Part shown: in pieces, positions 27,901 through 39,900 of the stretch
Layout: each line of letters begins with the position of its first letter
How positions within the stretch are numbered: the first letter of the stretch is position 1
Assembly: GCA_001804285.1 (NCBI GenBank)
Contig: MHFR01000043.1
Coordinates: 22,970-86,969, forward strand
Length of the DNA: 64,000 bases
Reading direction: 5' to 3'
DNA from: Candidatus Danuiimicrobium aquiferis
GTDB lineage: Bacteria > Omnitrophota > Omnitrophia > Omnitrophales > Danuiimicrobiaceae
Made by a program: the position numbers and the translations under genes
Notes under the pieces: generated by a model
Databases searched by the model: none
What the model saw: only the letters and a program-made list of their open reading frames with translations
Told to the model about the DNA's origin: nothing

Positions 27901-30900
27901 AAGAGCTGCATATCCCAGGATCTTCCCCCATGTCGGGCTAAATATCGACACAACAGCGCTTGCTACCGTCAATACGAACGAAATAACGAAGAAGAGAAAC
28001 GGAAGAAACGCACCTTGAATTTTCAATGCGGTTTCTTTAGAAACTTCTTTTCCCAACATGACCTTTTCCGTTGGAACAATTAAATAGCCGCCTTTGCCAT
28101 CAACATCCCATGTTTCAAGAAACTGATCTTTATCTATTGTTAAATCCTCCCCATTCTCACCCTTTGACACTTCCCGATAAAAAACTTCCGTCTCCGTGAC
28201 ATTCGTAATCTGTATATAATGATCTTTCGCTATGTGCGCTATGATTCTCAAAGAACATGGCGTTTGAGACGACGGACATACGGTACGATATAAATTGAGT
28301 AAATCGGCGTAGGTATATTGGACAGTCGAAAAATTATCATTATGAATCGCTGCCACTTTCATCATTGCGTATGCAGATAAAACAAGCTCTCCTGTCAAAA
28401 ATCGAGTAATCAGCCCCATCAAAATATCTATCAAAATCAGTTCTTTCCCGAGCACATCCGCTGCGACATTAATTCCTCGTGATGCGAGCATTTCTTTAAG
28501 CGCTAAATAGGCCGATTGCCCGAAATGCAGGTCTCGTGATTCAAGCCATGCAAGAATCTCGCTGACATCGGTCGAATCTAAATCGACTACGTCGCCCGGT
28601 TGTAATTTAAGTTGATTCAGCATGGCCTCTTTTGCGGCCGACTGTGCCGTGACATAATTTGTAAGAAATGTACGAACCCCGCTAATAATCGCCTGCTTCT
28701 CATTCAACCGTCGCGTTTTTTCGGAATTTGCGGAAGGATCGTTTAACCTGCTATAAAGAAGTGTCGTATCAACCGAAGGTGTATTTGTTCCAGCCGCATT
28801 CGGTTGATATTTCGCAAGCGTATCGTCCGTCCAATACTCAAGTTCTGCCGAAGACGGATCTCGCCCTAAAATACGGCGGTAATAATCGGAAAGAACCGGC
28901 TCCACTTCGCGTTTCAGAATGTCGCGTTCAATATCTTTCTTTTGATTTCCAAGTTCAATCAGCCGATCCGCTATCGCATTTTCTATCTCCTGTTTCCGAG
29001 CATCCACTTCCCCGGGAATAAGCGAAAGCTGTGTTTCCGCCGTCTGAAGAAGCTCTGTCCGTTGACTACGAAGCTGATTAATCGCGTCCTGAACCCCGGG
29101 AACTTCGAACCGTTCGACGTGACAGCCATACTTGAAACCCATAAAGTTTTTGCATTTCTTTATCTCCTGGTATTTCTGGCTTTCGTAGCTTGAAATCTGA
29201 CCGTCTATTGCAGCAATTCCGGAATCAAGGTTCTCCTGAATCTGCGCTCGCGCAACCTCATCCTGCCATGCAAGGTTTTGAAGCGCGTCATACTTTGTTT
29301 GCTCGATTTGATGTTGCTGCTCTATTTCGTCACTCACCAAATCCTGTCTTGCTTTCACCATATTCACTTTACTTAAAAGATAATCTTCCGGTTTGTTGCA
29401 AGTTACAGGACAAACATATTCATACGAATAAACCAAATTCCCATCTCCATTAAACACTTCTTTAATCCGGCCATTCTGATAATACGATCTTTGTCCGTCT
29501 AACCTTTCGGCGAGCATCATCTGATTCGAGCCGCCATAAACCGCCGATTTCTGTATATCTTCGGATGGCTTCAGGCTCTGGTATGCCACCATAAATGCCG
29601 AGTATGCGTCATTCGCGCTAACCGCAGTTTTAACGATCAAAGGGTTATTGCTCCATTTTGAATCGCTTGTAATCGGCTTGTTTATTTCCTCCTCGGATTC
29701 TATCGTGCTTGATAAATCAGTTTTATTTGCGGCTTGATGCCCGTTTCCATCCAAGAAGTTTTTATTTCCCATTAATAAATATTTTCCGCCGGAACTTTCC
29801 GCGTCTCCCAAAGTCAAAGGCCTCGCTCCCATATCTTTGAGTAAACTGGAGATATCGCTTCTGATCTGATTCATTTGCGGATCGTTGACCGCAAGGACCA
29901 TATATTCGCCATTCTTGATGTTTTCGAGAAAGTTCTTCAGTCCCAGTCGATCGGCAGCGGATGAAAATGTGCCGGAAAAAGAAAGCCACTGCCCTTCCGC
30001 TTCTTTATAGACCGCCACTAAAAAGCCGTCTCCATCGTGCCGGGCAACTTCCTTGCCGGAATCCATTAAGCGCTGCGAACCACCATCCGTTAATAACTCA
30101 ATGGGTTTTGGGAATGCCACACCTTGATAAGAAAATTGTTTTTTTCGATGAACAGAATATGAAATCGCCTCTCCGGCAGCATTCGTCTGATACGTAATAT
30201 CATCCGTCGTTCCCTGCGGCGTCTCCACTTTAATCAACCGGCCCTGCCGGTCATAAGTGTATTTGTTGTAAGCGTACCCGGCAAATTGACGGAATATTCC
30301 CGTATATTTGTAAAGCTCCACTCTTCGATAGGTTTTAAATCCGAGATAGCCGCCGTCTGCTCCCTGAACAAATTCCGGGTTATACGCGACCGGATAATCC
30401 ATGGGATAGGGCACGTCGAAAAGCTCACCGGTCTCAAGCCTGCCGCGGACAGGTAAGTAATTTTCAATTTCAAGAATCATCCCGTTTGCAAATTGGATCT
30501 GGCCGCTTTTAATCTTAAGTTCTTCATCAAATTCAAGATTGACGCCATGATCACCATTGGCAAATTTTATTTCACCTTTCGTCCCCTTATCGAATCCATA
30601 TAAAATCTGGGATCCGTCAGCTGCTTGAAAGCCCGACAAGGTAACTGCCCTCAAATCCTTCGCATCAATCAATGCTCGTTTATAATCGTCTTTCCACATA
30701 TATGGATATGACGATGAAAATTGAAAATCGGAATACGTGTATAAGTAACCGTCTTTTGTAATGTGTTTAATCAAATTTCCGTTCTTGTCATAAAACCATG
30801 TCGTTCCATCCTCATCCGTGACTTGCGTTTCTTCATCCGTAAAATGATACTGGCTGCTCTGAAGCACCTTGTTTTTATACGCAATCTCAGCACCGATCAA

Positions 30901-33900
30901 AACGCCGTTCGCATATTGATAGTTAGTTTTCAACCCCTGCGTTGTGTCCGACCGCAAAAGTTTTCCATCTTGAAACCTCCGGACATCTCCGGAAAGTTCA
31001 TCTTTCACAAGCGTAGTTTCAGTACCGGCATCATCATATTCATATGAGAATTCATACTCACGGCCGTCTGATTGCGTCACCTTGCGGAGCGCGCCGTACT
31101 TGTAATCCATCGATCCCTTGTCGGACAGATTGGCAAGGCCGCCTTCGATCTCGGCATGCGTCTCATTCACGTTTGTCTGATATTCGTTAACTGTCCCGTC
31201 CGGCAAAATAACTTTCTTAATCATATTGTTCTCAAGTTCAACTTGAGAGCCGTCAAATCTGACGAATTTTTTCACTTTCCCGAAATCTTTTCCGTCGCCC
31301 GTTTCCACATAGGAAATGCTAGTCGGAAGGTCAAGCATCGATTGTATATCTGTAATCGTGATCGCCTTTCGCTGCGCGATGTCCGCTCCAACCGCCGTCA
31401 GCATCTCCGTCTCAATCTTCAGGCTTTGGATTTCATTTCCCGTAATATTGAGAATCGTTTCCCAAAGGGGCTTTTCAGTTCGCCGAACCGAATAATAGGT
31501 TAAATTTTTAATATAGATTTGCCCTAATTTCGAAAGACCGGCCGGATCGCGAATCACCTCAAGTGTCGTCTCGCCTTCCTCTCCTGATTTCCCGTCTAAA
31601 GAAAACACATACGTTTTATAACTATTTTGCGCATTATCGACTTCGAATACGTAGCGTGTCGCCAGTTCCGGAGACTTGAGTTTCAGCTCGAAATCCTGGC
31701 CCCATGTCATGCTCGAATCCTGCATGAGTGTGATCCCGAGAAAATCATATCCCGATACTTCAATCGGCTGATCCTTGTGAGAAAACACCATTCCGAGAAT
31801 ATCCGGGGTGATGGTTTTATACTGAAACTGATATCGGATCGCAGCGCCATCTCCGAAACTACCTTTAGTCGCAACACTCAAGTCGTTTGGATTCGCGTTA
31901 AATCCATAGATCCCTGAAATCGGAATCACTTCCATCGGTGACTTATCAAGCAAATACGATTTCTCGACTTCGCGTCCTGCCATCTGAATAAATTCAATCA
32001 TCGATTTAGCCTGGCCGTTAAATGTCGCGGTGACACCGATTAATTTCCTGGCCGCATCAAATTGATATGAAAATTCCGTCCGTCCGTTTTGGGGAGTTTC
32101 AATCGCCGTAATATAAGTGTCCCGGTAATACACTTTCACGCCATCAGGATATTGAACGAATTGATCACCTCCTTGATTAATGTCAAAGCTCGACCCATCC
32201 GACATGGCGACATGCGCACTTAATAGCTTCTGATCGCTTGCAAATTCAAGGTTCGTGAGTGTTGCATTGGAAAGGACAATGGACTTAATCTTCCCATCCT
32301 CAAAATTGATGATTCGCCCTTTATCATTAATCGACTGAAGCTTTCCGTCAGAGCCAAATACTCGCCTGCGGTCGTTATCTTCCACAATGAATTGCCGGAT
32401 ATTTCCTCTCAAATCCTGGTCATAATAGAACTTGCCTTCCTCCAGTTTCCCGCGAGCAAGATCAATAATGTATGAAGCAAGTCCATTTGCATAAACAATC
32501 GTCCGGCCATTCGGGAAAATCCATTTTGTTAAGTGGCCGTCTTTGAAATACTGAACGCTACCGTCAACAAGTTTCCGGGTTCCGCTTACCAATTTTCCGT
32601 CCGCATCCACCGAAAAATTCTCGAGGACCTCTTCTCCCGTAATGGCGCTTCCGCCTGAAGGCTGCGTTTTTGCATTTTGAATCAGCAACATCCGGATTTC
32701 AGATTCCGTCTTTCCTACGAGACTTTTCCAATCGATACTTTTTGTGCTTCGAACTTTCATCAAAGAAAGCGGCCCGATATAGATATCACCGGCAACCGGC
32801 CCGCCATCCGGTGAAAGAATTGAAACCGCGATTTCGGTTAACGCTCCCATCGGAGCGGTTTTCGGGATATTCAGATATGTCCATTCCTCAGTGATTTCAT
32901 CGGTCACAAATATTTCACCGAGCCCTTTCAATTCGAATTTGAGGCGCGTCCCTTTGGGCGTTCCTTTCCCAAGACGCACGGGAACCGAAAGAAAATCATA
33001 TTTCGAAATGTCAAATGAATGATAAAGCGCCCAAATTCCAACCGGCATTTCCAGATACTTCAAGTCAAATTGAAGATGACGGACCGCTCCGATGAGCGGG
33101 TCCTGGGTGATTGCCTGTCTTGCAGACCCGTAACCGGATGTATAAAAAGTGCCCAGCGAATACGATTCATCCAGCAAATCCAGAATAAAATCCTCAAAAA
33201 GAGATTTCCCTGCAAACGGATCTCCGCTTGTCAGCAGATATTCCTGCAAATTCATCGAAATAAAATTTGTATCATCGATCGGAAATTCAATCTCGGGATG
33301 ATGAAATTTCCCGGTCGGAGTAAAATAATTCACGACTTGTCCTGCCCCATATTCAGGGTCAACGACCGTCGTAACGAACGCCGGGCGTTTAATCAATTCC
33401 GGTGAAAGACCATCGGGATGTGCAGCGCTCCCGCCATAAAGAATAGAAGGCGTAATCCCGAAATTACCCGCTGTCGGATTATTTTCCATGACAGGCGTAA
33501 GCCCAAGGCTAAACGACTGGTAAATCTGGTCTACCGTATTTTTCATGTTTTTCTGTGTTAAATAATTTTGATAATAATTCTGGCTCGTTTTCAGGAGTGC
33601 GAGCAAAAATGAAGCCTGATCAATTCCATAATAACGGCTCGAATACACGGGTTGCTTGGTTGTAACCGGCTGTAACGTGACAGGATCTACCGTTGTCACG
33701 TTTCTGATTGCAAGAGAGTCCACATATCCGTATGCCGTTTTCACTTGCGGGAATTTCGTTTCGATATTCTTCAAGAACTGAAGGACGTAATGAGGAGCAA
33801 GCCCGAATGCAGATGCCGTCCCATAAATCGAACCGATATCCGTCAAAAGATGGTCATCGGTTTCAGACGCTTCCGGAAGCCCGATTTTACCGACATAATC

Positions 33901-36900
33901 ACCACCCGGATTCGAGCCTGCCGATAAAAGGCCCGGCACTTCTTGTTGACTGACATAATCCGCCTGCGCATAAAGAAAATTACGGAGCGCAATATTAAAC
34001 TCGCTATATTGCGTTTCGTCCTGATAAATCAAAGGCCAGAACATCTGGAAGGCCCCGCCGTCGAACGGAACGGCGTTATTAAACTGAAGGCCGTCCGAAC
34101 TTTCATACGGGCGGATCGTAATCGCAAGTTTCTCGAGGGCGGGCGTATATTCCGGATGGCGAGCGACAAGCCAGAAAAGCCCGGTCCTGAACTCATTAAA
34201 AAGACGGTCCATTTGCCCCGCAAAGGAGCCGGTAGTCCCCGAAAATTCATAGGCCATATTAAATTGTTTTTTCGAGGAATTATAAAATTGGGCATAGCCC
34301 GGATCTTGAGCTGTCAAAATGTCGTTTGATTTCGAAATAATTTGATCGCGAAGGACGCTAAGCGCTGGGTCAAGAGAAAGACCGGTAAGCGCTCCGATCA
34401 CACTTGAAAGACTAACGGATAAATTCAAATTATCGCCAAGGCCGATACTATTAAACGTCCTTTCATAACTAACAACCGTCTGCGTCTGGCCCGTTAGATT
34501 TCCTAAAGGATCAAGAACAGGGACTTGAGTTTCCTTGATTGTGAAAAACGAAAACATCCCGTTCCAACCGGCTTGCTGTTGAGCAACTTTCAGAGAACTT
34601 AGAAGCGTCACGAGTTTTTGAAACGCCTGCTCCCGGGTTATCTTGGAAGTAACATAATCGCCTTTTGCGATCGCGACAAGAATTTCAGCCCAGAAACCGG
34701 CAAGGGTCGCCTGGCTGTAATTGGATGATTGGTGAGTTCCCGCATCGTAATTATCGAACGGAAGTTCCGTTAACGCGTGAATTGAAGCGCTGCTTGTGAA
34801 ATACTCAAACTCTTTTTCAATCAATTGATTCCGATAAATCTGTTCTGCCTCGGTGAGCGGCTGAGCGGGAACAGGGGTCGTCGGAACGATCGGCTCGGGC
34901 TCTTCTTCCGAAAATTTAACCATTTGCCCGGACGGCGTGATCTGCTGTTTCAAGAGTCCATTTTCAATCAGATATTGAGTGCCGTCCGAAAAAAGAATTT
35001 CACCGGAGAGAACGCTTCCGGCCGGATCGATTGTAACGGCTCGAAGTTCGGCGCCGGTTAATTTGAGAGACGGCACATAATACGTGCCATCGGGAAGAAC
35101 GGGTACATCGTAAATACCGGATTGTCCGTCTTTTGTCTGAATATATCGAATCGGTTTCCCATTCTCAAATTCAATTCGACGGCCATCATCCAAATCTATC
35201 GATATGAGATCGAGTTTCCGTTCTGTTTTTCCGGATGTATTGATGCCTGAACTAATCTGATAGGTCCTTCCGTCCGGCGTTTTCATCGTGATCGGCTGGC
35301 CGCTTGTATAGGTTGTAATATTTCCATTTGAATCTTGTCGGGTTTTGATTGTCGAATTCTGATAGGTCTCAACGGTTCCATCCTCATATGTGCGGACATA
35401 TCCCGTGAGTTGCGCACCGTTCCATGTTAAATTGGCGAGAACACTACCATCCCCCGCCTGGATTTCATTCAGTTTTTCAGCATTCACTTCAAGAACAGTC
35501 CCATCGCTTAACGTAATCGAATTTAAATTACCAGTCTGATTAAACGATTGATCAATGCCGTTTTGAGATAAGGCGAGGTTTTCGATATCTCCATCCTCGT
35601 TCGTCAAGGCCGTAAAAAACATGGTTGATTTCGATTGGTCCATTAACGATTCCGGAAGTCCGTTATCGAGCGCAAGTTCCTCTTCTTTCCCGGAAATCAC
35701 TTTTGTCATTTGATGATTCATGTCATAGTCGATCTGGATCGGAATTTTCGATTCAAGGGTCGCTTTGATCGTTGGATAACTCGCAAGATTATTCTGTATT
35801 TCGCCAATGGGAAGAGGCGTGCTGGTTCCGGCCGGTGTCACGTAAATGAGCGTTGACCGGGAGCCGGTTTGTTCGACACCGGAATAGATTCCGTTTATTT
35901 CATAGAGATAGTAATTGCCGGAATTATCTTTATATTCGTGAAGGGAACCGTTCACGTACCGGATATCCGTTCCATCCGTTTTCTTAAACCAAACCGGAAG
36001 TCCTGCTCCATCATAAAAACTTGTCATATCTTGTTCAGACATTAAAGTCCCGATGACTTTCCCTGCCGGATCCAACTGATAAGAAAAACGAACGATTTTT
36101 TGGTCTTGTCCGACAATTGAAGTGACAAAATTGTCTGCGTTGTAACGTGTTGTCGCGCCATCCGAAGAAAGTTTATAAAGCGCATGTCCTCCCTCAAAAA
36201 GAAGCTTGTCCCCGTTCTTAAATACGAGAAGTCCGCCTGTTAGGACATCTCCGTTGAAAACAGGCAAATAAAGTTCATAATCGTCTGTCTTTTCGATAGC
36301 TACAAGATTCCCCTGATCATATTTCACAACTAGGCCGTCTTCTGTGGTCATTGAAACGAGATCCGAACTCAATACAGGAACTGTCGGCATAGCGGGAAGA
36401 GACGGTTCAGTCCCGTTAAAAGTCACCACAAAATCGGAATAAGTATAAAGACCGCGATCGAGCGCTCTTACGAGTATTCGATTCTCACCGGTATGCAATT
36501 TCCAATTCTCGGTTTTTTCTACACCGTTTACTGTATACCGGAGAACATAATCCGGACTCGCCGTAACCGCTGAAGACAAAAATTGAATAGCAGGCGGCGT
36601 GGCGGTCGTTAGCAGAATAGAATCAGAAAAGGTTTGAGTTAAACCGGCATGGTCGCGAACCTCCACTAAAACAGTTTTCTCGCCCTCCCCGCTGGAAAGT
36701 GTTAACGTTTTAGTGCTTTGAAAATTCTCCCAGGCTGTCCAATTCGTCCCGCCATCCGTTGATAAGCGGACGGAATCAAGGCCAGACGTCTCGTCTTCAA
36801 CGTTTAACGCCAATGAGATATTTGCTGATGACGTTTTGCTCGCCCCGTTATTGATGATAACTGACCCAGAGGGAGCAATTGTATCTCTAACCGTGCTGAC

Positions 36901-39900
36901 TTCTACAACATTGCTTTTGCTGCCGCTTCCGTCCCTTGCAAAAATAGAAAATGTATAATTGCCGTCCGCTGAGAGCGGAACTTCAACTGACCATGACGTT
37001 TGAACGTCTGATGGGACCTTTTCGACGCCATTGATCCAGATAGAAGTGCCGGATGTTTTCGTTCCTGATATCGTTCGTAAATGAGCCGTTGTATATTGCG
37101 GTAATGGGTTGACTACCGGTAAAGAAACAGTTATTCCTGAATTCTTGACTACAAAATTATCAAAAAATTCAGAGCCCATTTGTGAATAGATTCCGACCGT
37201 CCCGTTTTGAATCGAACCATCTTGCGCGGTTACACGGGTCTCACCGTCAAAAACCATTTCGAATTGATTTCCATTAACAATCACTTTCATATGATGATAA
37301 AGAGAGTCTGAAATGATTGGAGTCGAGCTTTGGGTAAGAACCGTTGATGCCCCATTTACCACTTTAATAAATTTGAAATATCCGGAAGAATAGTTTCTTG
37401 TATAAACTGCCAAATAATAATTTTGAAGGTCTTGTTTCCTGAAAATGAGCCCGACTTGGTCAACGTCCCATGACCTGATGGCCATATCAAAATCAATTTC
37501 ATAGTTATTAACAGATGGCGCATTTGCTAAAACAATTTGGCCGGGGACACCTGCTACTGACTGCCATAAGTTGTTGTTCCCAATAGAAAATGATCCGCTT
37601 TGCACAGTCCAATTCGCCCCCAAAGAAGTCCTGCCATTAAAATCATCCAGAAAAAGGACGGGATCGGTACCCATGTTGAGCGTGATCCGGTCTTCGTAAT
37701 AAGAACTTTCATTTCCCGCCGCATCACGAATTTTATACTTCACGGTTTTTTCACCATTTCCGTCCGGGAGCAGCACCGAAAGTTCCGGAACATAGCTTTG
37801 CCACGCGCTCCACGTGCTTCCGCCATCTAAAGAATAAAGGATGCTTGAAACCCCTGCCCCATTCCCATCATCAGCCGCAAAAGTGAGTGTAACAGTCCTT
37901 GATGTCGTGCTCACGTCTCCATGATTGATTACCACACTGCCGGTAGGCACTGTTTTATCGAGAAAAATTGATTGTGAATAAATCGTGCTTTCATTCCCTG
38001 CTTTATCGAAATATTTGACATAAATTGTCTTATTGCCGTCCCCGGAAGGAAGCGTGAAATTCCTGAGGGTTGTATAGTTTTCTGAAGCAGTCCAGCTTAC
38101 GTTGTTCGTGGAAAAACTCATTTTACTGATACCAGACCCCGTATCGGCAGCAGAAAGCCTTAATGTTACTTGCGTTGACGTGGCATAAGCAGCGCCATAA
38201 TTAATTTCGAGTGAGCCAGTAGGAGATGTTGCATCCAACGAAATCGAATTTGAGCAAATCGTGCTCGCATTTCCCGCTTTATCGAAAAACTGTACATAAA
38301 CGGTTTTTGTCCCATCTCCGGAAGGAAATGAGAAATTTTTCGATGAAGAATAAGTTTCAGCCTCAGTCCAGCTGATATTATCAGTAGAAAAACTCATGGT
38401 CTCAATTCCCGCGCCGGAATCCTGAGCGGATAAATTGAGTGTAACTGAATTTGAAGTCGTATAACTCGCCCCGGCATTAATCGTAACAGATCCGGTTGGA
38501 AGAATCGTATCCAGAAAAACCGCCACTGATACCGGGCTCGACCAAGTGCCAGACTTATCCAGAAATTTCACCCAAACAGTTTTATTCCCGTCACCGACAG
38601 TAAAATCCCATGATTTCGTTATCTTATAAGTTTCAGCGGTAGTCCAGTTTGCGTTATCCGTCGAAAAACTCATTTTGTCCAAACCAGAACCTGAATCTGA
38701 CGCATTCACATTAAGCGTTACATGGGTCTGTGTGATATATTGAACGCCGCCATTAACCGAAATTGTTCCTTGAGGTGCTGTTGTATCGAGGATAATAGCC
38801 CTATGCGTCACACTGCTCGCATTCCCCGCTTTATCGAAAAACTTCACATAAATGGTTTTCGTTCCATCTCCCGCAGGAAGTGAAAAACTTTTTGATGTGG
38901 CGTAAATTTCAGGTGTTGTCCAATTCGCGTTGTCCGTCGAAAAACTCATCTTATCGATTCCGGAAGCAGAATCCTGACCAGATAAATTGAGTGTCACAGT
39001 TTGCGTATTTGAATAGAATGCCCCGTTATTGATTTGAACAGAACCAGTTGGTAAAACCGTATCCAATAGAACCGTTACGGAAACCGGGCTTGATGACTTG
39101 CTTGCTTTGTCGAGAAATTTCACCCACACGGTTTTATTTCCGTCACCACCAGAAAAATCCCAGGATTTCGTCGTACTATAAACTTCAGGTTCTGAATAAG
39201 TAATATTGTCCGTAGAAAAACTCATTTTATCCAAACCGGAACCAGAATCAGTCGCGCTTAGATTAAGCGCCACATTCGTCTGCTTAATATATTGAGCGCC
39301 GTTATTAACAGCAATCGTCCCTTGCGGTGGCACAGTGTCCAACATAATCGATTTCGAATAGACCGTGCTGACTTTTCCGGCCTTATCGTAATAACGAACA
39401 TACACGGTTTTTGAACCATCACCGGTTGGAAGTGTGAAATTCTTAGTTGCCGAAAATGCTTCAGGCGTTGTCCAAGTTGAGTTATTGGTCGAAAAACTCA
39501 TTTTATTAATCCCGGATCCGGCGTCTTGCGCAGTCAATTTAAGTGTAACGACCGTGGAAGACGTATAAATCTCCCCGTTATTAATGGTTATCGATCCCGT
39601 AGGAATCGTCGTGTCGAGGATGATCGTGGAAGATACAGGATTTGACCATGTCCCGGCTTTATCCTGAAATTTCACCCATACGGTTTTTGAGCCATCTCCC
39701 GTTGGAAGCGAATAACTTCTGGAATTGGAATAAGTGTACGAAGATGTCCAATTCACATTGTCCGTTGAAAAACGCACATAGCTGATTCCGGATCCGGAAT
39801 CCTGAGCAGACAAATTAAGCGTGACATAGCTGGATGTCGTATAAAGAGCACCATTATTAATTTTAATCCAGCCAACCGGAGGAACCGTATCAAGCTTGAC

